A DNA stretch of 64,000 bases, from positions 1,211-65,210 of the forward strand of contig DAIOFZ010000001.1 of NCBI GenBank assembly GCA_036745475.1, in the 5' to 3' direction. Of the stretch, positions 18,565 through 27,890 are shown piece by piece. Position 1 is the first letter of the stretch, and every line of letters starts with the position of its first letter. The DNA comes from Actinomycetota bacterium. GTDB lineage: Bacteria; Actinomycetota; UBA4738; HRBIN12. Position numbers and translations under genes: made by a program. The notes below the pieces were generated by a model that did no database searches, had not been told where the DNA came from, and saw only the letters and a program-made list of their open reading frames with translations.

Positions 18565-19313
18565 ACTCGGTCATCTTCGGCGTTCGGCTGGACGAGCTCG
18601 CGTCCGTCGAGAACCTCCGCGGCGTCGCGACCGGGTTCCTCGAGGGCGACCGCGCCTTCCGGATCTTCACGCCGAACCCCGAGATCCTCCTCCACGCCCG
18701 AGAGGATCCCGCCTATGCGGACCTCCTGCGGTCGGCCGACCTCGCGCTCCCCGATGGGACCGGCGTCGCGATCGTGCAAGCGCTGCGGAGCGGCCGCTCG
18801 GTCCGGCGCTGGCCGGGAGTGGAGATCGCCGCGATGGTGCTGGGCCTGGCCGCCGAGCGCGGCGACACCGTGGCGTTCGTCGGCGGCTCGCCCGACGTCG
18901 CCGAACGAGCGGCGGCGCGATGGCGCGCACTCCCGGGGCTGAAGGTCGTGGTCGCCGGCGCGGGCGTCGCGATCGACGAGGACGGCATCGCTCGCTCGAT
19001 GGAGCGCGAGGACGAGACCGTCGACGTGATCCGTTCGGCCGCGCCCACGATCGTCCTCGTCGGGCTCGGCGCTCCCAAGCAGGAGCGGTGGATCGAGCGC
19101 CACGCGGACACGTTCCCGTCGGTCCGCATCATGATCGGCGTCGGCGGCGCCTTCGACATGTGGGCGGGCTCCAGGCGCCGCGCGCCCCGCGCGTTCCGAA
19201 CGTTCGGGCTCGAATGGCTGTGGCGGTTGTCGCTCGAGCCTCGACGGCTCCCGCGGATCCTGCGGGCGACCGTCGCCTTCCCGGTTCTCGCCTTGTTCGA
19301 TCGGGCCCGCTGA
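18561..19313 (+). CDS. tagA: WecB/TagA/CpsF-family glycosyltransferase (GT26; N-acetylmannosaminyl/linkage-unit transferase)
   Basis: The family motifs are present (PDGTGVAIVQALRSG ... VGLGAPKQERWIERH ... GVGGAFDMWAGS). GTG at 18561 overlaps the upstream stop. Confidence 0.8.
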   Translation: MNSVIFGVRLDELASVENLRGVATGFLEGDRAFRIFTPNPEILLHAREDPAYADLLRSADLALPDGTGVAIVQALRSGRSVRRWPGVEIAAMVLGLAAERGDTVAFVGGSPDVAERAAARWRALPGLKVVVAGAGVAIDEDGIARSMEREDETVDVIRSAAPTIVLVGLGAPKQERWIERHADTFPSVRIMIGVGGAFDMWAGSRRRAPRAFRTFGLEWLWRLSLEPRRLPRILRATVAFPVLALFDRAR

Positions 19314-20486
19314 GTGCGGGTCCTGTTCCTGACGCCGCGCCAGCTGGGCGAGCCACGCGGCGGCGGGACGATCAAGTCGGCGGCCGTCCTGTCGTACCTG
19401 GACGTCCGGCACGAGGTCGAGGTCGCATGCTTCCGCGGTCATGACGAACAGCCCTGGATGCGGGAGGGCGGCGTGGTCTCGATCCCCATGGAGCGGGACC
19501 GATCGGTTCGTCACCTCCTGTCGAGCTACGCCGCCGGCGTGCCGCTCAGCATCGAACGCAACCGAAGCTCGACGATGGCCGAGCACGTCGCCACGCTCCT
19601 CGAGCCCGGCGATCACGACGCCGTCTTCGTCGACGGCTGGCTGATGGCCCAGTACGTGCCCGAGGGGTTCGCGGGCATCCGCCTGCTCCACGAGCACAAC
19701 GCCGAGCACGTGATGTGGCGCCGGCACGCCGAGCTCGAGACCAACCCGGTCCGCAGGCCCCTGGTCCGGCTGGAGGCCCGGCGGGTCCGGCGGTACGAGG
19801 CGGGTCTGCTCGCGCGGTTCGACGTCGTGTTCGCGGTCTCCGAACAGGACCGGTCCACCCTCGCTGCCCTCGTCCCCCGTGGTCCCCAGATCGCCCTGCT
19901 CCCGAACGTCGCCGACCCCGCCCTGCTCGACCGCCCCGAGCTCACCCCACCACCCGAACCCGTGCTGCTCTTCCTCGCCACGCTCTCCTGGCCGCCCAAC
20001 ACCGACGGGCTCTCGCGGTTCCTCGGCGACGACTTCCCGGCGCTGCTCGATCGTGTGCCGGACGCCCGCCTCGTCGTGGCGGGGGCCGGGGCGCCGGAGC
20101 GGCTCGTGCGGCAGATCCATCGGAGCCGCGGTGCAGAGTTCGCGGGGCCGATCGAGGACGACGAGGCGCTGTACCGGCGGGCTCGATGCTTCGTCGACGT
20201 GGGCATCGGCGGTTCGGGGACCAAGGTCAAGGTGCTGAACGCGCTGGCGCGCGGCCTCCCCGTCGTGACCGGGCCCGACGGCGCGGCCGGGCTCGACGTA
20301 ACCTCGGGCGAGCACCTGCTGATCGCGGACGATCGCGAGGGGATGATCGCCTCGCTGGAGTTCGTGGTCCAGGAGGACGCCGCCTGGTCGAACCTCAGCC
20401 GCAACGGGCGGGACCTCGTCCGCGGCAAGTACGTGCCCGAGGTCGCGTTCGGCGCCCTGGACGACGCGCTGGCCCGGCGTTCGTAG
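19314..20486 (+). CDS. glycosyltransferase family 1 (GT4-type)
   Basis: MRVLFLTPRQLGEPRGGG opens a typical GT4 N-domain. The C-terminal region is VGIGGSGTKVKVLNALARGLPVV. GTG lies directly after the tagA stop. Confidence 0.75.
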   Translation: MRVLFLTPRQLGEPRGGGTIKSAAVLSYLDVRHEVEVACFRGHDEQPWMREGGVVSIPMERDRSVRHLLSSYAAGVPLSIERNRSSTMAEHVATLLEPGDHDAVFVDGWLMAQYVPEGFAGIRLLHEHNAEHVMWRRHAELETNPVRRPLVRLEARRVRRYEAGLLARFDVVFAVSEQDRSTLAALVPRGPQIALLPNVADPALLDRPELTPPPEPVLLFLATLSWPPNTDGLSRFLGDDFPALLDRVPDARLVVAGAGAPERLVRQIHRSRGAEFAGPIEDDEALYRRARCFVDVGIGGSGTKVKVLNALARGLPVVTGPDGAAGLDVTSGEHLLIADDREGMIASLEFVVQEDAAWSNLSRNGRDLVRGKYVPEVAFGALDDALARRS

Positions 20487-20586
20487 ATCGACCTATCGTG
20501 CGGGCGTTTCCATCGGGGCGCGCGGAGCTTCGGCCACTGCGGTCAGCACGTTCGTGGCCCAGCGCCGACCCTCGAGCCGCTCGGCG

Positions 20587-22020
20587 CTAGGTCGGGCACT
20601 CCACGGGCTCGTCGGTGCTCGGCGGCGGGATCTCGTAGCGCCCGCCGACGACGACCGCCACGTCCTGCCCTTTCGCGAGCGTCCCCGGTGGCGCCGGGAC
20701 GAGCCCCAGATTGCCGAAGTAGGTGCCGACGACCTTCGCCATCGGCTCGGCGCCCCGTGCGTACAGGATCATCGAGCCCTTGGTCGGCGGCCGGATCTTG
20801 GTGAGATCGACCACGCCCGGCGACGTGTTGAAGCCACCCTCGGTCAGGATGTCGAACACGTCCGTCGCGACCGGACTCCCGTCGCGATCGACGACCGAGA
20901 CCACGATGTTGGCCGGCGAAGGCGGCGTCTGCGCCAGCTCCTGGCCGAGGTCCCCGAGCGGCCGGCCTTCGCGGATCCTGCGCACGAGCTCGTCGGCGTC
21001 GGGCTGCACGGCCCGCACGATGGAGACGAACGTGCCGCTCGAGTCGTAGATCCCCTCGGGCACCGTGGGCAGCGCGCGAAAGTCCGCGTTGTCGGTCCCT
21101 ACGCCTTGGAGCAGGCCCGCCAGGTAGACGAGCTCGGCAGGGTTCAGGCCGTCATCCACGACGAGGTTCCCGAGCAGGTCGGGGACGAGCTGTTGCAGGT
21201 GGAGCAGCTCACCCGGCTGCAACAGCTTCGCGATCACCGCGCGCAGGAACTGCTGCTGCCGGCTGATCCGGGCGAAGTCCGGCACGGTGTCGCACGGCTG
21301 ATGCCGGGTCCGGACGTACGCCAGCGCCGTCGGCCCGTCGAAGTGCTGACATCCGGCTGGGATGTCGAGCAGCGAGAGCTCATCGACCATCGGGTACGGC
21401 ACGCACATGTCGACGCCGCCGAGGGCGTCGACGACCCGCTGGAACCCGAGCAGGTTGACGTACAGGACGTGGTGGATCTGCATCCCGGTGATGCTCTTCA
21501 CGGTTCGAGCCACTCGTTGCGGACCACCGCCGTCGATGCCCCCCTCGAACGCGGAGTTGATCTTGCCCTCGCCCATCCCCGGGATGTCGACCCACAGATC
21601 TCGTGGGAAGGAGAGGAAGATCGCCTCCTTCCGGTCGGGGCGCGTGTGGACGAGGATGATCGTGTCCGAGCGGTTCTCTCCGCCGATGTGCGCGTTGGTG
21701 CCGAACGCGATGATCTCCTCTCGCGTCAGGCCCTTGCGGGAGTCGCTCCCGAGCAGCAGGTAGTTGCACGCGTGCTCGTCGCACCTGCCCGCGACGTCCG
21801 CGGGGCCCGTGGCGCCGGGCGTCGACGGGAGCGGGGGGATGTAGTGGATCTGCTTGCTCGTCCAGATGTAGGAGCCCATGACGAGCGCGGCGACCACGGT
21901 GACGAAGGCGGACACGGTCGCGGTCCCGGCCAGGAACACCCGTCGGACGTGCGGATGCGCGCGGGACGCCTTCGGGTCTTGGGCGTCCTCCGTCGGCGTC
22001 GTCGGGTTCGTCGAGGTCAT
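20587..22020 (-). CDS. LCP-family (LytR-CpsA-Psr) cell-wall glycopolymer phosphotransferase with C-terminal LytR_C domain
   Basis: There is an N-terminal TM helix. The LCP core motifs are present (RSDTIILVHTRPDRKEAIFLSFPRDLWVDIPGMGEGKINSAF ... QHFDGPTALAYVRTRH). A C-terminal extension follows. Confidence 0.85.
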   Translation of the reverse strand: MTSTNPTTPTEDAQDPKASRAHPHVRRVFLAGTATVSAFVTVVAALVMGSYIWTSKQIHYIPPLPSTPGATGPADVAGRCDEHACNYLLLGSDSRKGLTREEIIAFGTNAHIGGENRSDTIILVHTRPDRKEAIFLSFPRDLWVDIPGMGEGKINSAFEGGIDGGGPQRVARTVKSITGMQIHHVLYVNLLGFQRVVDALGGVDMCVPYPMVDELSLLDIPAGCQHFDGPTALAYVRTRHQPCDTVPDFARISRQQQFLRAVIAKLLQPGELLHLQQLVPDLLGNLVVDDGLNPAELVYLAGLLQGVGTDNADFRALPTVPEGIYDSSGTFVSIVRAVQPDADELVRRIREGRPLGDLGQELAQTPPSPANIVVSVVDRDGSPVATDVFDILTEGGFNTSPGVVDLTKIRPPTKGSMILYARGAEPMAKVVGTYFGNLGLVPAPPGTLAKGQDVAVVVGGRYEIPPPSTDEPVECPT

Positions 22021-22097
22021 AGGCTGGGTTCGGGAACGGCGCCGTTCCCGCGTACCAGAGGGTACCCGTGGGCTCGGAGTAGGAAGCGGGGCAGGCC

Positions 22098-24047
22098 GTG
22101 ACGTTCGTGTGGAGACCCTCGCCCGAGGTGGTGGAGCGGGCGAACGTCACGCGGCTGATGCGCGCCCACGGCATCACGACCGAAGAGGAGCTGATCGAAC
22201 GCTCGACCTCGGATGTCGAGTGGTTCTGGGACGCCGCGATCCGCGATCTCGGGCTCGAGTTCTTCGAGCCCTACGGATCGATCCTCGACACCTCCCGGGG
22301 GATCGAGTGGTCGACCTGGTTCGGCGGGGGCTCGGTGAACCTCGCGCACAACTGCGTCGACCGGTGGGCCGAGCGCACGCCTGACGCCACCGCGATCGCG
22401 TGGGAGGGCGAGGAGGGAACGACCCGCCGCATCTCGTATCGGGAGCTCCGAGAGGCCTCGGACCGGCTCGCGAACGGTCTCGCCGGGCTCGGCGTGCGAG
22501 CGCTCGACGCGGTCGGGATCTTCCTGCCGCCCACCCCGGAGGCGGTGGTGGCCGTGATGGGGTGCTCGAAGCTCGGCGCGGTGTGGCTGCCCCTGTTCTC
22601 CGGATTCGGCGCCGACGCGATCGCGAAGCGGCTCGAGGACGCCGAGGCCGCGGTGCTGATCACGGCGGATGGCTTCCCTCGGCGCGGCAAGGTCGTGCCG
22701 ATGAAGGAGACCGCGGACGAGGCGGTGGCCGTGGCCGGCTCCGTTCGGCACGTCGTCGTGGTCGATCGCCTGGGCCGGCCGGACGCTCCGTGGGATGCTG
22801 CGCGCGACGTCCGGTGGGACGACCTGCTCTCGGCGAACGCGGACAGGTTCGAGACCGCCCACCTGGATCCCGAGCACCCACTGCTCATCGCGTACACGAG
22901 CGGGACGACCGGCAGGCCGAAGGGCGCGATCCACGTCCACGGCGGGTTTCTGGTCAAGATCGCCGAGGAGGTCGCGTATCAGACCGACGTGCAGCCGGGC
23001 GATCTGTTGTTCTGGTTCGCCGACCTCGGCTGGATCATGGGGCCGTGGGAGATCGTCGGAGCCACCGCACTCGGGTCGACGGTGTTCCTATACGACGGCG
23101 CTCCCAACCACCCCGGGCCCGACCGGCTCTGGTCGATGGTCGAGCGGCACCGCATCACGCACGTCGGGGTCTCGCCCACGCTCGTGCGCGCCTTGATCCC
23201 GTCCGGCGAGGTGCCGGTCCGATCCCACGACCGGTCGTCGCTGCGGATCCTCGCATCGACCGGCGAACCCTGGAACCCCGAGCCCTACCGGTGGTTCTTC
23301 GAGGAGGTCGGCGAGGGCCGGCTGCCGATCATCAACCTGTCGGGGGGGACGGAGGTCGGCGCGTGCTTCCTGTCGCCCCACCCGATCAGCCCGCTCGAAC
23401 CCTGCTCGCTGCGCGGCCCGGCCCTCGGGATGGACATCGCGGTGTTCCGACCGGATGGGACGGTGGCCGACCCGGACGAGGTCGGTGAGCTCGTGTGCCG
23501 CAAGCCGTGGCCGAGCATGACCAGGGGCCTCCGCGGCGACCCCGAACGCTACCTGGACGCGTACTGGCGCCGGTTCCATGATGTCTGGTGCCACGGCGAC
23601 TGGGCGAGCGTCGACGAGCACGGCCAGTGGTTCCTCCACGGACGGAGCGACGACACGATGAACGTCGCGGGCAAGCGCCTGGGCCCGGCCGAGGTCGAGA
23701 GCATCCTGACGCTGCACCCTGCGGTGACCGAATCCGCCGTGATCGGCGTCCCGGACGAGGTCAAGGGCGAGGCGATCTGGTGCTTCGTGGTCGCGAAGGG
23801 TGAGGTCTCGGACGGCCTCGCGGAAGAGCTCTCGGCGCTCGTGGCCGGGCATCTGGGCAAGGCGTTCCGCCCGGCGCGCGTGCTCGTGGTCCCCGAGCTC
23901 CCGCGGACGCGCTCGGCGAAGATCCTCCGGCGGGCGATCCGCGCGACGGTCGTGGGCGACGATCCTGGCGACCTGTCGAGCCTGGAGAATCCATCGTCGC
24001 TGGCGTCGATCCGCGCCGCCCTCGGCCGACCCGACATGAGGAAGTAG
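22098..24047 (+). CDS. acs: AMP-forming acetyl-CoA synthetase-like acyl-CoA synthetase
   Basis: The Acs-type N-terminus is WFWDAAIRDLGLEFF...WFGGGSVNLAHNCVDRW. The AMP-binding motif is YTSGTTGRPKG. The C-terminal region is ...RSAKILRR. Confidence 0.85.
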   Translation: MTFVWRPSPEVVERANVTRLMRAHGITTEEELIERSTSDVEWFWDAAIRDLGLEFFEPYGSILDTSRGIEWSTWFGGGSVNLAHNCVDRWAERTPDATAIAWEGEEGTTRRISYRELREASDRLANGLAGLGVRALDAVGIFLPPTPEAVVAVMGCSKLGAVWLPLFSGFGADAIAKRLEDAEAAVLITADGFPRRGKVVPMKETADEAVAVAGSVRHVVVVDRLGRPDAPWDAARDVRWDDLLSANADRFETAHLDPEHPLLIAYTSGTTGRPKGAIHVHGGFLVKIAEEVAYQTDVQPGDLLFWFADLGWIMGPWEIVGATALGSTVFLYDGAPNHPGPDRLWSMVERHRITHVGVSPTLVRALIPSGEVPVRSHDRSSLRILASTGEPWNPEPYRWFFEEVGEGRLPIINLSGGTEVGACFLSPHPISPLEPCSLRGPALGMDIAVFRPDGTVADPDEVGELVCRKPWPSMTRGLRGDPERYLDAYWRRFHDVWCHGDWASVDEHGQWFLHGRSDDTMNVAGKRLGPAEVESILTLHPAVTESAVIGVPDEVKGEAIWCFVVAKGEVSDGLAEELSALVAGHLGKAFRPARVLVVPELPRTRSAKILRRAIRATVVGDDPGDLSSLENPSSLASIRAALGRPDMRK

Positions 24048-24078
24048 CGGCGACCGCCGACGCGGTCGGGATAGGCTT

Positions 24079-24930
24079 GTGCGGATGAGCGCTGCCCGTG
24101 ACCGGAAGCTGTCCGTCCTCGCGGTCGGGGTCGACCCGGGCGCGCTCGAAGGATGCACGCTCGAACGTGCCGATGACCTCCTCGGCGCGCTCGCGAGCCT
24201 GGCCGACGGCGGCATCGACGTGGTGGTGACCTCGCTGGACCTGCCCGACGCGACGGGCACCGATGTGATCGGCTCCCTGCGCGAGCGGGCGCCCGAGGTC
24301 CCGGTCATCGTGGTCGGCGACGCGCTGGCCGAGCCGATGGATGCGTTCGGGGCCGGGGCGAGCGACGTCGTGCCTCCGGACGCCGCGGCCGATCTGGTCG
24401 CCCGTGCCATCCGCTACGCCGCCACCCTGCGGAAGGTCGAGGCGGGACTCCGCCGGCTGCAGGCGTTCGACGAGGTCACCGGGCTGCTGAACGCCCGAGG
24501 GTTCGACCTGCTCGCGAACCACCACTTCCGGCTGGCCGACCGGTCCAAGCATCCCGTCCTGATCGTGTTCCTCCGCGTGGGCCAGGACGGCGAGAGCCCG
24601 GGCGAGGCGGCGGTCGCCGACGCCGCCACGGTGATCAGCTCGGCCGTCCGGGTCTCCGATGTCGCGGCGCGGGTGGACTCGGGGGCCTTCTGCGTGCTCC
24701 TCCCGGGGGCCGAACCGGGTTCGGAGGCGCTCGTGTTGGAGCGGATCATCGAGGCCGTCGCGTCCCACAACGCCGGCACGGGGCGCGAGACCGGGCCCTC
24801 CCTGTCGGTCGGGGCGGCATCGTACGACCCGGAACATCCGGTCCCGCTCGAGGAGCTGATCGCCGCGGCCGACCGCCGCATGCGGCGTCCCTCGGAAGCG
24901 CCGGGCTCCTCGGGGCCGCCGGATACATGA
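24079..24930 (+). CDS. response regulator with receiver domain and a degenerate GGDEF domain (GGDEF replaced by DSGAF)
   Basis: The receiver is VVVTSLDLPDATGTDV with the acidic pocket. The GGDEF-like region is DEVTGLLNARGFD ... RVDSGAFCVLLPG. The canonical GG(D/E)EF is absent. Confidence 0.65.
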   Translation: MRMSAARDRKLSVLAVGVDPGALEGCTLERADDLLGALASLADGGIDVVVTSLDLPDATGTDVIGSLRERAPEVPVIVVGDALAEPMDAFGAGASDVVPPDAAADLVARAIRYAATLRKVEAGLRRLQAFDEVTGLLNARGFDLLANHHFRLADRSKHPVLIVFLRVGQDGESPGEAAVADAATVISSAVRVSDVAARVDSGAFCVLLPGAEPGSEALVLERIIEAVASHNAGTGRETGPSLSVGAASYDPEHPVPLEELIAAADRRMRRPSEAPGSSGPPDT

Positions 24931-25018
24931 GAACGTCCCGCCCGGCCGGACGCGACGGCTTGGGTCCCGGCGCCGGTTCAGAGCCGCGCGAAACATCGTG
25001 AGTTGCGGCGGGGCGACA

Positions 25019-25759
25019 TCACGCCGCCCTCGTGGGACGGACGTACACGAACCAGTACACCAGCCCGACGAGCAGCGCTCCCCCGATGACGTTGCCGATC
25101 GTCGCCGCGACCAGGTTGTTGATGAGTCCCGCACCGTCGAGGGTCGACAGCTCGGCACTCGGCAGGCGCGCCGCCTCCACCACCTCGGCCTGTCCTCGAA
25201 GGGCGAGCCCCATCGGGATGAAGAACATGTTGGCGATGCTGTGTTCGAATCCGGCGGCAACGAACGCCGAGATCGGGAAGACGATCGCCGCGACCTTGTC
25301 GATCACCGAGCGCCCCGCGGCGGCAAGCCAGACGGCGAGACAGACGAGCGCGTTGGCCAGGATGCCTCGGGCCAGAACCACGAAGAAGGGTAACGAGGTC
25401 TTGACCGCCGCCGTCGAGAGCGCCGTCACACCGATCCCGAGGTCGTCGCCCCGCCACCACTCGCCGATGTAGACCATCGCAACCACCGAGAGGGCGCCGA
25501 TCGCATTCCCCAGATACACGACGCCCCAGTTCGCGAGCAGTCGCCGGACGCCGATGTTGCCGGTCACCGTGCTCATCACGATCAGGTTGTTCCCCGTGAA
25601 CAGCTCCGCCCCCGCGACGACCACCAGGATCAGGCCGAGCGAGAAGCCGACGCCGGCCAGCAAACGTGTCGGTCCGAAACCCAACTCGGACCCCGTCCCG
25701 ATCGTGATCGCGAAGACCCCGCCGAGCGCGATGAAGGCTCCGGCGACCACAGCAAGCAC
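25019..25759 (-). CDS. formate/nitrite transporter (FNT family channel)
   Basis: The FNT signature helices are present (AGAFIALGGVFAITIG ... FTGNNLIV ... AAGFEHSIANMF). Family similarity continues about 12 aa upstream of the annotated GTG, but no canonical start codon is there before the stop at 25865. Confidence 0.8.
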   Translation of the reverse strand: MLAVVAGAFIALGGVFAITIGTGSELGFGPTRLLAGVGFSLGLILVVVAGAELFTGNNLIVMSTVTGNIGVRRLLANWGVVYLGNAIGALSVVAMVYIGEWWRGDDLGIGVTALSTAAVKTSLPFFVVLARGILANALVCLAVWLAAAGRSVIDKVAAIVFPISAFVAAGFEHSIANMFFIPMGLALRGQAEVVEAARLPSAELSTLDGAGLINNLVAATIGNVIGGALLVGLVYWFVYVRPTRAA

Positions 25760-25882
25760 GAAGGTGGTGACGACAGGAGCGGTCGTCTTGGCGACGCCTC
25801 GGGTTCCACCAGGAAGGCCACATCCGCTGGCGATAGGGCGTCCTGGCCCGTCATCGGGTGAAGGTCACCGCTCGGCATTGTG

Positions 25883-26320
25883 TCACGCCTCAGCGGCAAG
25901 GACGGCGTTGGATCCAGGGTCCCGGATGCCGCGCGCGAGAGCAGCCGCGATCACATCGCGTCGCGAGATCACCCCAGCCGGCCGGCCGTCTCCCTCCACG
26001 ACGATCAGATGATCGGCTCCGGCATCGTCCATCCTGAGGAGCGCGACGATCAGCGACTCGTCCGCTCCCACCAGCGTCTCGGTCGTGCACACGTCTGCGA
26101 CGTGCAGCTGACCGCGCCCGATGCGCGCCGGAGCGCTCCACCACGCCGGCGCCGCCCGCGCCGACACATCCCAGCACGCGGCCAGGTCGGAGACCGTGAC
26201 ACTGCCGACCACGCGGCCCTCTTCGACGACGACCCCCCAAGCCGCGCCCCTTCCCTCCGACCAGATGAGCGCGTCCTCGACCCGTGTGCCCGGGGACAGG
26301 AGGACGAACTTCCTCGACAT
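25883..26320 (-). CDS. CBS-domain pair protein
   Basis: Two CBS-like units are present (RVEDALIWSEGRGAAWGVVVEEGRVVGSVTVSDL and ESLIVALLRMDDAGADHLIVVEGDGRPAGVISRRDV). The start is probably ATG at 26320 (MSRKF), and the longer ORF to 26386 is the alternative. Confidence 0.6.
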   Translation of the reverse strand: MSRKFVLLSPGTRVEDALIWSEGRGAAWGVVVEEGRVVGSVTVSDLAACWDVSARAAPAWWSAPARIGRGQLHVADVCTTETLVGADESLIVALLRMDDAGADHLIVVEGDGRPAGVISRRDVIAAALARGIRDPGSNAVLAAEA

Positions 26321-26434
26321 CGCGTCCCCAACGCTGCCCAGCCACCCGGTCTCGGCCGGCTGGCGCTCCGACCTCAGATCGTTCATGGCTCACCTCCCAC
26401 CAAGAATCTGAGAGCACCACCTTCGCTTCGGCAG

Positions 26435-26461
26435 GGACCCTGGACCCTATTCCCAGGGTCC
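26435..26461. promoter_or_regulatory. perfect 9-bp inverted repeat (GGACCCTGG / CCAGGGTCC, 9-nt loop) between the multicopper oxidase and CBS genes
   Basis: The palindrome was seen in the 134-nt intergenic spacer. It could be an intra-operon terminator/attenuator hairpin or an operator site. Confidence 0.3.
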
Positions 26462-26520
26462 GTTCGTCCGGGGATCAGAAGCTCAGACAGGAGGATCGCG
26501 CTCTCACTCCAACCCTCCGA

Positions 26521-27861
26521 TTACTGGACGACCAGCGCCGTCACCATGCCGTACATCCCATGTGGTCCTTCGACGTGCGGAAGAATGTGGCAGTGGAATG
26601 CCCAGATCCCCGGATACCGTGCATCCACCAACACGTCGAATCGCTGTCCGGGCGCGATCATGAGTGTGTCGGCCCAATAGCGATTCGACCCGCTTAAGAC
26701 GAACCCATCCTCGGCGATGACCTGGAAGTGATACCCGTGCAGGTGCATCGGGTGGATCTGCGAGCCGTCGTTCGCGAGGTGGATCAGGACCGAGTCGCCG
26801 AGCTCCGCGACGATCGGTTGGGTGGCCGGGAACTCCTTCTCGTTCAACACGAAACCGGTCGGCCCGTCACCGAGGAACAGGGTGTGCTCGACGTCGACCT
26901 TTCCCTCGTACAACGAGCCCCAGTCATCGCCGGGCGGTTGAACGTAGAAGGCACCGTACAGACCCTTCCCGACCTGCTCCGTGGAGTTGAAGTGCGAGTG
27001 GTACACGTACATGCCAGGCGGATCGACCACATCGAACTCGTAGGTGAAGAAGCCGCCAGGCGCGATCGGATCCTGCGTGATGAACGGCACGCCGTCCATG
27101 TCGTTGGGGACGGTCAGGCCGTGGAAATGCATGATCGTCGGTTGTGACATGTCGTTGTGGACGACGATCAGCACGTGGTCGCCCCGGTTCACACGGATCT
27201 CGGGGCCGGGGACGGTTCCGTTGTACGCCATAGCGTCCACGAACACGCCGGGCGAGGTCTCCCACCTCACCTCCGGCGCCGTGAGGTCGAAGACCTTCGC
27301 GCCGTTGTCGTTCCGAGGTTCGACTGGCTGGTTCCCCTGCCCCTCGGTCTCCGCGGGGAAGGCCGCGACGCCGGCCTCGTGTCCGTCGAGCATCTCCTCG
27401 GTGCTGACGGTCCCGCCCGTCACGCCCGTCGAGCCCGTCGTGTCGGCCGAGGCAACCGCGCCCTGTTGCAGCATCAGCGATCCGACCATGCCGGCTTCCT
27501 TGTGGCCTGCGATCGTGCAGAAGGTTTCGTAGGTCCCAGCCTCCAGCGCCGAGATCTCGAGCGTCGCGCTATCCGCCGGCGGGATCTCTGCCGTCGCCTC
27601 CACCTCCTCGCCCGTATCGATCGCGAAGGTATGCGGCGCAGTCCCCTCGTTCGTCACCTCGAACGTCAGTGGTTCGCCCGCGGACGCGTGGATCATGGGT
27701 GGACTGATCGCGAACTCCGTGAGTGAGACCTGAACCGTGGCGGGCGCGGACGCGGCACCCTCCTCCGGGGCTTCCTCGCCCGCCGCGGTGCAGCTGCTTG
27801 CAGCGAGCGTCATCATCAAGGGTGCGGCGAGCGCCGCGTACCGTCGCAGACGGCTGGACAT
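26521..27861 (-). CDS. multicopper oxidase with additional N-terminal cupredoxin (blue-copper) domain; lipoprotein
   Basis: A signal peptide with a Cys is present (LAASSCTA). The N-terminal cupredoxin T1 site is PHTFAID ... FCTIAGHKEAGM. The MCO copper ligand motifs are IMHFHG, YHSHF, HPMHLHG and HCHILPHVEGPHGM. Confidence 0.8.
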   Translation of the reverse strand: MSSRLRRYAALAAPLMMTLAASSCTAAGEEAPEEGAASAPATVQVSLTEFAISPPMIHASAGEPLTFEVTNEGTAPHTFAIDTGEEVEATAEIPPADSATLEISALEAGTYETFCTIAGHKEAGMVGSLMLQQGAVASADTTGSTGVTGGTVSTEEMLDGHEAGVAAFPAETEGQGNQPVEPRNDNGAKVFDLTAPEVRWETSPGVFVDAMAYNGTVPGPEIRVNRGDHVLIVVHNDMSQPTIMHFHGLTVPNDMDGVPFITQDPIAPGGFFTYEFDVVDPPGMYVYHSHFNSTEQVGKGLYGAFYVQPPGDDWGSLYEGKVDVEHTLFLGDGPTGFVLNEKEFPATQPIVAELGDSVLIHLANDGSQIHPMHLHGYHFQVIAEDGFVLSGSNRYWADTLMIAPGQRFDVLVDARYPGIWAFHCHILPHVEGPHGMYGMVTALVVQ

Positions 27862-27890
27862 ATCAACCTCCTCGTTGGCATCGCTGGGTC

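Noticed and set aside
24931-25018. Hairpin terminator between the convergent response-regulator and FNT genes
   Set aside because: Only a weak 5-bp stem (CGTCC...GGACG) was found, so it is not convincing enough to report as a feature.
26521-27861. Copper-containing nitrite reductase (NirK) assignment for the copper oxidase next to the FNT channel
   Set aside because: The protein carries four HxH-type motifs (HFHG, HSH, HLHG, HCH) and therefore a trinuclear cluster. NirK lacks this. It was called a multicopper oxidase with an extra cupredoxin domain instead.
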